33,711 bases of DNA from NCBI RefSeq assembly GCF_004010195.1, contig NC_057718.1:53880720-53914430 (forward strand). The letters run 5' to 3'. Shown here piece after piece: positions 1 through 10,820 of the stretch (its first letter is position 1; the number at the start of each line of letters is the position of its first letter). Below the pieces are notes generated by a model that worked only from the letters and a program-made list of their open reading frames with translations, made no database searches and was not told where the DNA came from. Both the position numbers and the translations under genes were made by a program. Source of the DNA: Chiloscyllium plagiosum (Eukaryota).

Positions 1-177
1 TCTCTGGATTCATTTAAGAAAGTGTTGGATAGAGCTCTCAAGGATAGTGGAATCAAGGGTTATGGAGATAAGGCAGGAACAGGATACTGATTAAGGATGA
101 TCAGCCATGATCATATTGAATGGTGGTGCAGGCTGGAAGGGCAGAATGGCCAACTCCTGCACCTATTGTCTATTGTC
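1..177 (+). mobile_element. CR1 LINE 3' end (ORF2 C-terminus + 3' UTR), runs off the window start
   Basis: Encodes ...SLDSFKKVLDRALKDSGIKGYGDKAGTGY* and ends in a (CTATTGT)n tail; about 94-95% identical by eye to 1667-1843 and 2824-3000. Confidence 0.93.
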
Positions 178-397
178 CGCCTTTCCTGACTGCCACCCGC
201 AGACAGCGTGCAGCCCCAATCCCTTTCTTTCCGCCTTTCTTGCTGATTTTGGCAGCGCTCCGCTCTCCTCCCCTCCGTGTCTCGTGCCTGCAGGAGACTG
301 ATGCCAGGCACAGCAGCAGCAGCAAAAATAACCTGCCGCTCCATTGCCTGGCACAAGACAAGTGCAGAGGGGTGACTTGAGCAGCCACTGCTGGCGG
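178..397 (-). other. 5S rDNA downstream non-transcribed spacer (GC/CpG-rich, with (GCA)n microsatellite at ~309-323)
   Basis: GC-rich, CpG-retaining sequence directly downstream of the 5S terminator, unlike the AT-rich background; short trinucleotide tract. Confidence 0.65.
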
Positions 398-402
398 AAA
401 AA
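398..402 (-). terminator. RNA polymerase III terminator (T5) of the 5S gene
   Basis: aaaaa on + strand = TTTTT on minus strand at the 3' end of the 5S sequence (...GTAGGCTTTTT). Confidence 0.85.
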
Positions 403-520
403 GCCTACTGCACCTGGTATTCCCAGGCGGTTTCCCATCCAAGTACTAACCAGGCCTGAGTCTGCTTAGCTTCCGAGATCAGACGTGATCGGGCGTTTTC
501 AGACTAGTATGGCCGTAGGC
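401..520 (-). rRNA. RNA5S: 5S ribosomal RNA gene (full 120 nt; variant, possibly pseudogene)
   Basis: Reverse complement: GCCTACGGCCATACTAGTCTGAAAACGCCCGATCACGTCTGATCTCGGAAGCTAAGCAGACTCAGGCCTGGTTAGTACTTGGATGGGAAACCGCCTGGGAATACCAGGTGCAGTAGGCTT. Colinear with vertebrate 5S, with box A, intermediate element and box C; helix I GCCTAC/GTAGGC and helix II AGTCTG/CAGACT pair. Confidence 0.97.
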
Positions 521-805
521 GCTGGCCCCTGCCTTTTCTCCCTACTTCAAGGCGTGCTGGCCAGCCACATTTTCTTTCTTGCTCTTTCTCTTTATCCCCT
601 TTGGCTTTTTTTTCTCTTTTCTCTTTGCTCTTCCTCCTCCGTGCGTGCTTCCCTCCCTCCGTCCCTCCAGCTGCCTTTCAGGCCAGCCCTTGCCCACCAG
701 GCTCCTGTAGTCTCCCACATCCCCACACAGGCGAACTGCAAGCCCTCCCCCTGCTTCATAGGGCCGCCGCCTGCATTCTCTCATCCTTCCACACTCCTCC
801 ACCCC
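521..805 (-). other. 5S rDNA upstream spacer (TTGAAGT at about -30; purine-rich tract on minus strand)
   Basis: GC-rich flank contiguous with 5S +1; AT-rich element at the usual -30 position; CT-rich low-complexity tract ~570-680. Confidence 0.6.
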
Positions 806-1852
806 TCCATTTCGGAATGCCGGGCACTGGCCAGTGGGGTACCGCACGGATCAGTACTGGGACCGCAGCTTTTTACAATCTATCTTCAGGATATACAAGA
901 TGGTATTAGCAATAACATTCGCAAATTTCATCAGCTGGGTGGCAGGGTGAAATGTGATGAGGATGTTAGGAGATTACAGGGTGACCTGGACAAGTTAGGT
1001 GAGTGCTCAGATGCATGGCAGATGCACTTTCACGTGGATAAATGGATCCTTATCCACTTTGGTGGCAAGAACAGGAAGGCAGATTACCACCTAAGTGGAA
1101 TCAATTTAGGTAAAGGGGCAGTACAGAGAGATCTGGGGGTTCTTGTACACCACTCAATGAAGGTAAGCATGCAGGTACAGCAGGTAGTGAAGAAGGCTAA
1201 TAGCATGCTGGCCTTCATAACAAGAGGGATTGAGTATAGAAGCAAAGAGGTTCTTCTGCAGCTGTACAGGGCCCTGGTGAGACCACACCTGGAGTACTGT
1301 GTGCAGTTCTGGTCTCCAAATTTGAGGTGAGACATTCTGGCTATTGAGGGAATGCAGCGTAGGTTCACGAGGTCAATTCCTGGAATGGCGGGGCTACCTT
1401 ACGCTGAAAGACTGGAGCGACTGGGCTTGTGTACCCTTGAGTTTAGAAGACTGAGAGGGGACCTGATTGAGACATATAAGATTATTAAAGGTTTGGACAC
1501 TCTGGAGGCAGGAAACATGTTTCCGCTGATGGGTGAGTACCGAACCTGAGGACACAGCTTAAAAATACGGGGTAGACCATTTAGGACAGAGATGAGGAGA
1601 AACTTCTTCACCCAGAGAGTGGTGGCTGTGTGGAATGCTCTGCCCCAGAGGGCAGTGGAGGCCCAATTTCTGGATTCATTTAAGAAAGAGTTGGATAGAG
1701 CTCTCAAGGATTGTGGATTCAAGGGTTATGGAGATAAGGCAGGAACAGGAGACTGGTTAAGGATGATCAGCCATGATCATATTGAATGGTGGTGCAGGCT
1801 CGAAGGGCAGAATGGTCTACTCCTGAACCTATTGTCTATTGTCTATTGTCTA
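806..1852 (+). mobile_element. 5'-truncated CR1 LINE (RT C-half, ORF2 tail, 3' UTR), inactivated
   Basis: SGVPHGSVLGPQLFTIY (RT motif), LYRALVRPHLEYCVQFWSP, RRLRGDLIETYKI, RNFFTQRVV; stops at 1328-1330 and 1547-1549; FADD motif lost; (CTATTGT)3 tail. Confidence 0.95.
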
Positions 1853-2637
1853 AAACATCAGACAGGGCAAAGGAGTTCATAGAATCTTATGAAATAGTTT
1901 ATTCCAACAGCATATTCTGGGATTGTTAAAAGAAGGAGGGATTTATGTAGAGGGTGCATAAACTCACTGTAACTGTCAAGAGGAATTCCCAAAAGTGTTA
2001 AGAAAAATTGTCAAGATGAACTGCCAAAGGAAACTATCAAGCAAGACATTTAATTCTCCTGTTCTTTAAATGTGCAAAACCAAACTCTGCATGGAGTGTT
2101 AACAAAAACTCATTACATACTATTTCACTCTGTTTGTTGACATAACCCTGAGGGTTATTATTATTGGATTAGTTCTGCATGACTTATTTCATGACTTCCT
2201 TTGCACTAGCAATGTTACACTTCCCTCATTGACACGTTTGTGTAATTATCAAGGTTTAAGTTGTCAAATTGTACTGTGCACATGTTTAGTAAAGGACAGC
2301 TTTACAATGTATGTATTATTTGTATGCAGTTTTAAAAAGTAATTAAGTTACCAGCTCCTTACGTAGAAAATACTCTCAATGTAACTTTCAGGAGGAAAAA
2401 ATCTTAAGCGTGAATTGAAGTTGAAGTTGGGACGCATTTTGTTTTTGGACTGGAGTCTGTCTGGTATCCACAATAAACAAAAGTCAATGCCAAGATTGCA
2501 TGTAGTTTTAAGAATGGCCTGAAGGCTTTAAATGAAAGGTAAATAAAAGATACAAATTAATTTTCAGTTTTTTTGCCAAAAGTGAGCAGTCTTCCTATCA
2601 GTCAATTGAAAATATTTTGGTAGAGGTGAATGGTTGT

Positions 2638-3002
2638 GTTATGAAAGGATTGGATACTCTGGCAGAAGGAAACATATTTCCACTGATGGGTGAGTGCCGA
2701 ACCAGAGGACACAGCTTAAAAATACGGGGTAGATCATTTAGGACAGAGATGAGGAGAAACTTGTTCACCCAGAGAGTGGTGGCTGTGTGGGATGCTCTGC
2801 CCCAGAGGGCAGTGGAGGCCCAGTCTCTGGATTCATTTAAGAAAGAGTTGGATAGAGCTCTCAAAGATAGTGGAATCAAGGGTTATGGAGATAAGGCAGG
2901 AACAGGATACTGATTAGGAATGATCAGCCATGATCATGTTGAATGGCGGTGCAGGCTCGAAGGGCTGAATGGCCTACTCCTGCACCTATTGTCTATTGTC
3001 TA
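2638..3002 (+). mobile_element. 5'-truncated CR1 LINE 3' end (same family as 1-177 and 806-1852)
   Basis: MKGLDTLAEGNIFPLMGECRTRGHSLKIRG...FTQRVVAVWDALP; same 3' UTR and (CTATTGT)n tail. Confidence 0.93.
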
Positions 3003-6000
3003 ATCAGATATGGACTGAATGCTGTAAAAACTGTACACAGCAGGGAATAAAAATAAGACCTCCACAGGAATCTTTGTGTTTGCCAAGTTATAGTGTTTGT
3101 CAGAAGATGTTTGTCAGGAGTGAAAGTTAGAAGTTGAGACATGACCAGTCGATGTTTAATTGTCATATTTTGGGTTGGTTTTGCTAAGAACTGGAAATTG
3201 TGTTGTCACAATTTTGCGGGTTACTGTAAAAATCCAGAAGGGACTAAAGTAATTGTCACACATTTGGTGTTCGCTGTAAGAATCTAAAATTAGTGTGAGA
3301 ATGCAGGATTGGGTCGAAAGATGATTTCTTTAAGAAAAATGTGCAGCCATTGTTAGGAATCAGCAGATAGCACACAGCGACAGTGGCAAAGTGTATAAGC
3401 ATTAAAGAGAACAAACAGCTTGCAATAACAGGAAAAGGTGCAGCTCAAGCAGTTAAGATGGCCTCAGAAATTAGAGTTGCCTGATAGGACATAGATTGGT
3501 TGGGGAGAGTGAAGGATCCTGGAGTGGGTGGTGGTGATGAGATTAGCATATATGGGGCATGATAAGAATGGTTCGGGATAATTTGTGAGGATTGGAGAGC
3601 TGTTTCACATTGTTTTTAAAAAATACTTCCACACAGAGCTGGAGCCCTAACACAGGTCTTCAGCCTAGACTTCTCTTGTACTTGGAAACCTCTACCCTCG
3701 TTCTGCAACACCCAGACCAACTGCCAGGGGAGACAATCATGACCAATTGAAAGCCCAAGGGACTTCTCCCAAGCTGGGTTTATGGTGCCAAGAAATACCC
3801 TGACTCTGGGAGTGTTCCCGACCTGGGAGTGTAAATTCAGCCCTTAAGAGTACACTCCTCTCCACAGAAAGGTACCTTGCATTCTTATTCAACTTCAACT
3901 GATGTGCACAACATGGCAAAAGATTGGTCTTTTGGCATATACCAGCACTTCCACAAAACGTAAGCACTACTTAGCTCATGATTCCAGTTGTTTGTATCTT
4001 ATTTTTAGCTGTATACCAGCGTCAATCAGTGTCCCTATTTTCTGTTGTGAATCTTGGTTTTCAACTTTCCTGTTGCTTATAAGAATAATAATTGACCAAT
4101 TCTCACCCGTATACCATATTTCTGTCTAAACATCCAAGGAAGGATCCCAAAGAACCTACCTTTGTGCAGAAATCCACTGTGGCAGCAATGAAGAGAATCT
4201 GTGCAGAAACCACACACTCCATCCATTGTATTCTGGAACATATTTAAAAGTCTAAAAGCTTCTCAGTGCATTAAAGAGTGAGTCCATGAATAAAAGGTTG
4301 AGTGGAGAAGTGAACGAATACTTTGTGTAAACAGTAAATGTTGAAGTACAGAGAGAAGTGGGTGAAAGAGTTAGTGAAAGTGTGCTACATTTTCAGAATG
4401 CCCGAGGGAGTACAGGAATTGCCCACCAGAAGTTCACACCTCCCAGGCAATTTGCACAGAGTCAGTGCATTGGGATCTCTGTGGGGTCCTAACACACATC
4501 TTGGATGGTATATCCTGTCTTCAATGATCTAGAGACAGGAAAATCTAGGCTAATGTGAACTTACAACATTCAACCATTGTAATTTCCAATTGCAAATGGA
4601 ATAGTGTCCAACCCACTTTACATCAAACCACAATAATTTCCCATTTAATGTTGTAGTTCTTGAAAAATGTAAGTTTAAGTCAAATGACTTTGAGCAAATC
4701 AGATTTTCCCATTTCAACCAATGTAAAAACTATAGTTAGGTTCCGAAGGGCATTTACACTCAGAAAAAAAAAATTAATACATTATATTACATAAGTTAAA
4801 ACATTTTACATCCCTTAATTCATATTTACATAAATGAAATAATCTCCAAAATGAAATAAAAGAAATGCGCTGACTCCTTCTATTTACTTCCCACTAACCA
4901 CCTCTCCTGCTCATCAGTCTCTCCCACTCTTCAACTATTTCCCAGTTTCTATCCCTCTCCTGCTCCCCAAATGTCTTTCTATACCTTGACTCATCTGCTC
5001 CTGCTTCCCTCTTGCACTTCCTCATGCTTTCTGCCTCTCCTGCTGATTGACCCTCCCTCTCACTGCCTCTCCCAACTGCTGCTGCTCTTTCCTGAGTGAG
5101 AGAAGGGGAAGCAAACGGAGTTGTGAATGGGAGGACAGGGAGGGAAATGATAAGGTGAAGGATTGAGTAGAGAAGTGTCAAGTGAGAAAATTCAGGAGTT
5201 GGAGAGAGCAAGGGAGTAGGCCAGGTAGTGGGGGGCCACTCTAAAATGGGACCAATTGGTTCACGTCACTCTATGTGGCCTCAGAATGAAACAGTGTTCC
5301 ATGTGAAGTATACAAATTGCCTCTGTTATACCCAAAATATTAAAATGAAATTTGGATGAATGAGGCTGAACTTAAAATTGGAAAATTTTGAATAAATTCT
5401 TAAAACAAAAACATTAAGCTATTTTCATTCACTCTTAAGTTTGAGATGTAAGGGATAATTTCACATCTTCCACATTGAAAAGGCTGCACTCATCTCAATG
5501 TGCAAGTTAGAAATAAGTCAGTAACTCCGTTGGCCCCATGATCTGATTCTCACTCCCTCAGAACATGATTCTCATGTGCAATGTGAAATCCTGGAATATC
5601 CACAGTGGAACAGGCTTATGGAATACTGTTTGACCTTTAAGGTGCAGTCACACAGCATCTCAAGACTGCAAGGACAGAAGCAGCTCAAGCAAATTTAAAG
5701 AATTAAAAATAAATCTGGAATGCTTTGATTTGTCTCGCTTCAGGTTCTCAATGTAGTTTTGTAGTGGATATTTCGCCATAGCAACCATACTTTTGAGCCC
5801 ACTGTTGTTGCTGAGTACTGTTTGGGTTTTGCGACAGGATGCGTGGGGATGTGCTGGTGGAAGACATCAATCTGGCTTAAGGCAAGTTTCTCCCCTCACA
5901 ATGAATAATAGTGACATGCTATAAAAGTAGTTACCTTAAATTATAATATTCTTACAATTCTGTTGTTCAAATTGAATTTTGTGAGTTGAATAAAACCTGT

Positions 6001-6769
6001 AACCTATTTAAGGCAATATTATATCCAAGCCTGAGGCTGTATACTATGCCAAAGCTAAATCTTTGGCCAGTTGCTTTTCATGATGCATGCTAATGACTTG
6101 CCATCTGTGTTAAGCTGGATATAAGTTTACATCAAGGGAAATCTTTTCATTAAATGTCAGCACTTTATCCTTGCAGTTTGGTGTAATTTCCAACTGGCTA
6201 AGGAATAGCAATTTATCCTAAAACATTAAGAAAACTAATTCATATCTTTGTACATATGCCCATGAAATGTAATGATCCTGAATTTTGTATTAGCTGTAAT
6301 GGCATCACATTTAATAAAGTTAAAATATTAAATATTGTGGAAAGTATTTACTGAGAATTCAATAAAATGACTGCACTTTTTAAAATGGGTCTCTCTCTTT
6401 GAATCAGTGCTGCCTGCTTTCAGAACTGCAATTATCCTTGACCACTTTTTTTTTCAAAGTATTCACTTATGTTCCCTCTGTCATTGCAAACTACTGCCCT
6501 CTCACAAACCTTCCTTTTGTATTTAAAATCCTTGAACATATTTCCCTTCAATATCTGTGCACATCTCTCATATGATTCCCTGTTTGAAAATCTGCAAACA
6601 AGTTTCTGACGTGCTAATAGTACCAAATTGAATCTGATTTTAACTCTGTGTAATCAAGTAGGTATTAAATGCATCAAAACTAACTCCTTGCACGTCAGCT
6701 TTGGTTAAAATTGTGAGAGATATTTTCTGGTGGCCATGGTCATGATGCATTATCCTTTTTTGTAATTCA

Positions 6770-7200
6770 CAGGCACTCTCTGCAGCTAATGACATTCCTA
6801 GCCTCCTCCTCCTTCTTCGTCACTACCCCCTCATGAGTCTTCTCAGGCAGCCTGTTCTGAGATAGTTCCATTCCACATTTATAGCCAGAGCATTGCCTGC
6901 AATGGTTTCCCTTCCTGTTCCACATTATGAAGCTCCCCAGATCTATCCTGGAAAACTTACATATCTGCAACAATATCTGATGCAGAAGTGAAGTTAGCAT
7001 GTAGAAAGAAACTTATGATACCTAGTACTAGATCTCCACCTCCTGACCCCTCTGCTGCTTCTGGGCTGTCATTCATCTGACATCCAGGCTTCATCAAATC
7101 CTCTACCATACGTTCACTCATCACCATTGTCATCTCAGTCTACCTACTTTAAATCATCATCCATAATTTGCTAATCTTGATTTCAGTGCACTCCTTGCCT
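6770..7200 (-). mobile_element. Possible heavily deleted Harbinger transposase remnant
   Basis: Minus ORF fragment contains WNRKGNH (cf. HARBI1-type NRKGFHS) and an acidic EEEAR tail; weak. Confidence 0.3.
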
Positions 7201-7605
7201 CAATAAATACTGCATCATTCTCAGCTTGCTGTCAGATCCTGCTAGTGACAATGCCGTAATCAACCCTTTCCTCAGTAAATTCCCCAGAAGTTCAAATCTC
7301 TGAAGGGAACTGTCCGCCTGTTTCTTTGTAAACATCCCACAGCATGAAATCTGCATCCCCCATTCTCACCAGCCCAAACTCTCCAGTGCCCCAACGCTGG
7401 GGGAGATTTCAATGCAGCAAAAATGTGGAATATGAGGGATCCTGGCATCACACAAGGAACAAGGAAGTAAATGCAATCCATCTGTTCGTGGCTTTTTAAT
7501 CCAGCTATTGTTTTTGTATCAGATGTTCAGGTTTCCTGAACAATTCATTCTCATGGCTCAAGGACTGATCAGATCAGTCAATGTCAATAGAACTAGAATC
7601 ACATA

Positions 7606-7911
7606 ATAGAATAGAACAAGAATTCCTTCAGTGTGGAAGCAGGCCATTTGGCCCATCGAGTCCACACCAACCCTTCAAAAAGCATCCCATCTAGACTCAC
7701 CCCCCCTCTACCCCATCCCTGTAACCGTGCATTTCCCATGTCTAATCCATCTAACATGCACATCTTTGGGGAGTAAACCAGAGCATCGGAGGAAACTCAT
7801 GCAGACACAGGGAGAATGTGCAAACTCAACACAGACAGTCACCCAAGGGGGGAATCCAGGTTCTTGGCAATGTGAGGCAGTGGTGCTAACCACTGAGCCA
7901 GCATGCTGCAC
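7606..7911 (-). mobile_element. HE1-type tRNA-derived V-SINE
   Basis: Reverse complement has a TGGCTCAGTGGTTAGCAC A-box head, the V-domain TTTGCACATTCTCCCTGTGTCTGC, and a CR1-like tail with (TTCTA)n. Confidence 0.92.
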
Positions 7912-7916
7912 TACCT

Positions 7917-8830
7917 GAAGGGATATTGAAAAGTTAATTGTGAAGATGGGGAAGCAGAGGAAGATCATGCAATTGCAATGTGGCAGAGTCACACCTAATA
8001 CTGCAACCTGGAAGGAGCCACTACGAGGTAGCAATTCCTGCTAAAAATGGAAGAAATGTGTCAAAGACAGATTGCCAATAGCTAAGCAACAGGACCTTGG
8101 TGTCATGTTCCTGGAAAGAGTGCCAGCAGTAATTTAATGATCTAATCAGTGTAGGAGAACAGTGAGTACAATGACAAACTCAACTACATCATGCTATACA
8201 TCACATAACACCAACCTCTTCACTCTGCCTTCCCAAGTCTGCTCCTCCACATCAACCCTCACATCAACTTACCTTGTAGCTGCATCCAGTGCTTTGTCTT
8301 TCACTTTGTCAAAACCCATCTGTCCATCCATCTACCTTCCATTATTCTTCTTCCCTATTTTTCAGGATGGGAGAATACAAAAAGCCAGAAAGATACAGAG
8401 AAACAGAGATGACCCTCTATCTATTTAGAGTTTTCAATCTTCTACAGGACCCATTGTGTCCCACAAACTGGGCACCAGCTCAGATAATAACACTTTGGTA
8501 AAACCAGCATGTCAGATCGGTAGGTTTTCAGCTGAACAACAGCAGCTGCTGGAAGACAGAGACCACAATGCATCAAAGAACACAGGATAATCCAGTTCTG
8601 GTCAGCAACAGGCAAATATTGAATTTTAGAGGTTATTCCTGAAGAGCTAACTTCTGGAGCAACAGCAATACGCAGGCAGATGCTTTACTTGCATCATGCA
8701 GACCTTCAGAGAGACTGGAGGAGTCTGAGTGAAATATTGGAGACATGGTCTTCACATGGCATTGCAATGAACTTTGTTCATGGAAAACATCACCACTACC
8801 TGAAGTATTGAATATGGGTGTCATGGCTGG
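7917..8830 (+). mobile_element. Decayed Harbinger Myb/SANT-like accessory gene remnant
   Basis: DIEKLIVKMGKQRKIM ... SCSWKECQQ*FNDLISVGE followed by a GTGAGT donor (~8162) resembles the W.QCRKKFNDL Myb/SANT motif and its intron in vertebrate Harbingers; 3' boundary uncertain. Confidence 0.5.
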
Positions 8831-9707
8831 TCTGCCTTTACTAATAACTTATACTTCTGCATGTCCCCTTCAATAGAAAATCTCAATCTTGACTGTTCAG
8901 TATTTCACAGATGTCTAGCAAGGTGACCTTTAGCTCACTGCTTGCAGGGAGTTCTAGTTGGACCATGAGAGAGAAAATGGTGAAAGAGGCTGTGGCCATG
9001 GAAGTGTCAAGCATGTTTTATTTGGATGAAGTGAGTGGAGTTGGAAAAAAAGTTGTTCAATGAGCGAATAAATACAGAAGGTGGCTAGTGGGGATGTGTT
9101 GGGTATCCATTCAAGGGAGAGGTGGTGATCTCTCAGAACATCCTGCTAGGTGCTGGTGATATACAGGGCTTGGCTGAAGGATTACTATGGGAATCTGCAT
9201 GAGTTCTAGCACTACCTGCTTTTCATGGAATATTTTGAACATTTTGTTTCAGTTCTGCTCAGGCCTAATCTCTCAACCCTTTTTCTGGTACATGATGACT
9301 GGATCCAAAATGTTTCCTGTTCTATTCTGAAGTGGAAAGTTTTGACAACTTTGCTTCCAATTTCCCCTGCTCTTTAATTTCACATGGTCTATTTCCAACT
9401 TTTTCTCTCCTTGATATCTCTTTCCATTTCTGTGGCTGGTTGTTGTGAAGATGCAGAACTTACACTACCATCAAGCATTATTACCACAGCAGGACATGTT
9501 GTATTCATTGTATAATTTGTAGCCAGTCAGTTAGCAACAGTGATTAAGGGCAGACATATATTTTGCAGCACTGAGCACTATCCATATGTAGTCTTCAAAT
9601 AAAGAACCCATGTTCATTTTTCACCAATCCTTGTGTATGATTGGTGCATTTGCATCAAAAAATAAGAATGTAACTTAAACTATGAATCACTATTTATTCA
9701 TATATAA

Positions 9708-10018
9708 GGGGAATCATGGTGGCTCATTAGTTAGCACTGCTGCCTCACAGTACTAGGGACCCAGGTTCGATTCCAGCCTTGGACAATTGTCTGTGTGGAG
9801 TTCGCACATTCTCCCTGTGTCTGCGTGGGTTTCCTCCAGGTGCTCCGGTTTCCTCCCACAATCCAAAGATGTGCAGGTCAGGCGAATTGGTCATGTTAAA
9901 TTGCCCATAGTTGTAGGTGCAGTAGTCAGAGGGAATTGGGTCTGGGTGGGTTACTCTTCGGAGGGTTGGTGTGGACTTGTTGGACTGAAGGGCCTGTTCC
10001 TACACTGTAGAGAATCTA
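9708..10018 (+). mobile_element. HE1-type V-SINE
   Basis: GGTGGCTCATTAGTTAGCACTGCTGCCTCACAG head, B-box GGTTCGATTCC, V-domain, tail GAAGGGCCTGTTCCTACACTGTAG. Confidence 0.93.
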
Positions 10019-10019
10019 C

Positions 10020-10820
10020 CTTGACTCCACATCCTTATATTTCACTCCCTGGAAACCTCTACTCCATTCTCCCAATTGCTCTGTCATCATTGCTTCTGAT
10101 CAAATGATGCAACCTTTTCAGCAACTTGATTTGTATGCCCTCAATCACATCCATTCTATTTCACACAGTTCTGTTCTCTCCACTTCCCCTCCTAATGTCA
10201 CAAAAGTGTTCATCCTGCCCTGACCTTCCAAGCAAAAAATATATTTAAAGATCATTGTCCACCATTTCTGCTGAATCTGGCATGATGTCACCACTAAACA
10301 CATTTCCTTTATCCTCACTTTTCAGCATTGTGAAGGGATCATTTCCTTACTGAACCCCTGGTCCACTTCTCAGTCATTCACCATGTTCTCTCATTTTCCT
10401 AAAGAACTCTTCTGTGCAAGTACAGGAAATGCAACACTGGTCCTTTTAATTCCTGCCTTCTCACTGTGTAACAGCCCAGATATTCCTTCCATGTGAAACA
10501 CTGATCTAGAAGCACTAAATTTCTCAACTTAGTAAAGTGAATTCATCACTCACGATGTTGTCTCCTCTACACTCAGAAGACCAAATGCAGACTGAGAGAC
10601 TAGAACATTTTGCAGAACATTTTCATTCAGTCCTAAAGTGTGACCCTGAACTTCAAATCCCTTTACAATTTAATTTGCCATCTTACTCTCACTCTGACTT
10701 TGCTGACCTTGGTTCTGTACTGTTTTAATAAAGCTCACTTCAAACTTGAGGTACAGTACCTCATCTTTCAACTGGCTACTTTACAGACTTCTGAACTCAA
10801 TATTGAGTACAACAGATTGA
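10020..10820 (+). mobile_element. Old Penelope-like element, C-terminal linker + GIY-YIG remnant
   Basis: Decayed CxRxxCxTC linker (tgcaagtacaggaaatgcaacact) and CCLLYTQKTKCRL...FAEH (cf. CGLLYIGETKR.L..RFAEH). Confidence 0.65.

Noticed and set aside
401..520. 5S-derived SINE3 head or processed 5S pseudogene
   Set aside because: The full 120 nt, the T5 terminator and both spacers are present, there is no poly(A) or TSD, and it is antisense to the adjacent CR1.
485..1330. 281-aa ORF as a novel membrane-anchored RT
   Set aside because: GTG start inside antisense 5S, the hydrophobic part is a CT-rich spacer, and the RT part lacks FADD; a chance read-through.
3010..3610. Possible old L2-type LINE remnant
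   Set aside because: Only compositional resemblance; no motif I could verify.
9708..9780. tRNA genes at A/B-box motifs (also ~7850-7911, 31860-31916, 32945-33000)
   Set aside because: Each continues into a V-domain and LINE-like tail, so these are SINE heads.
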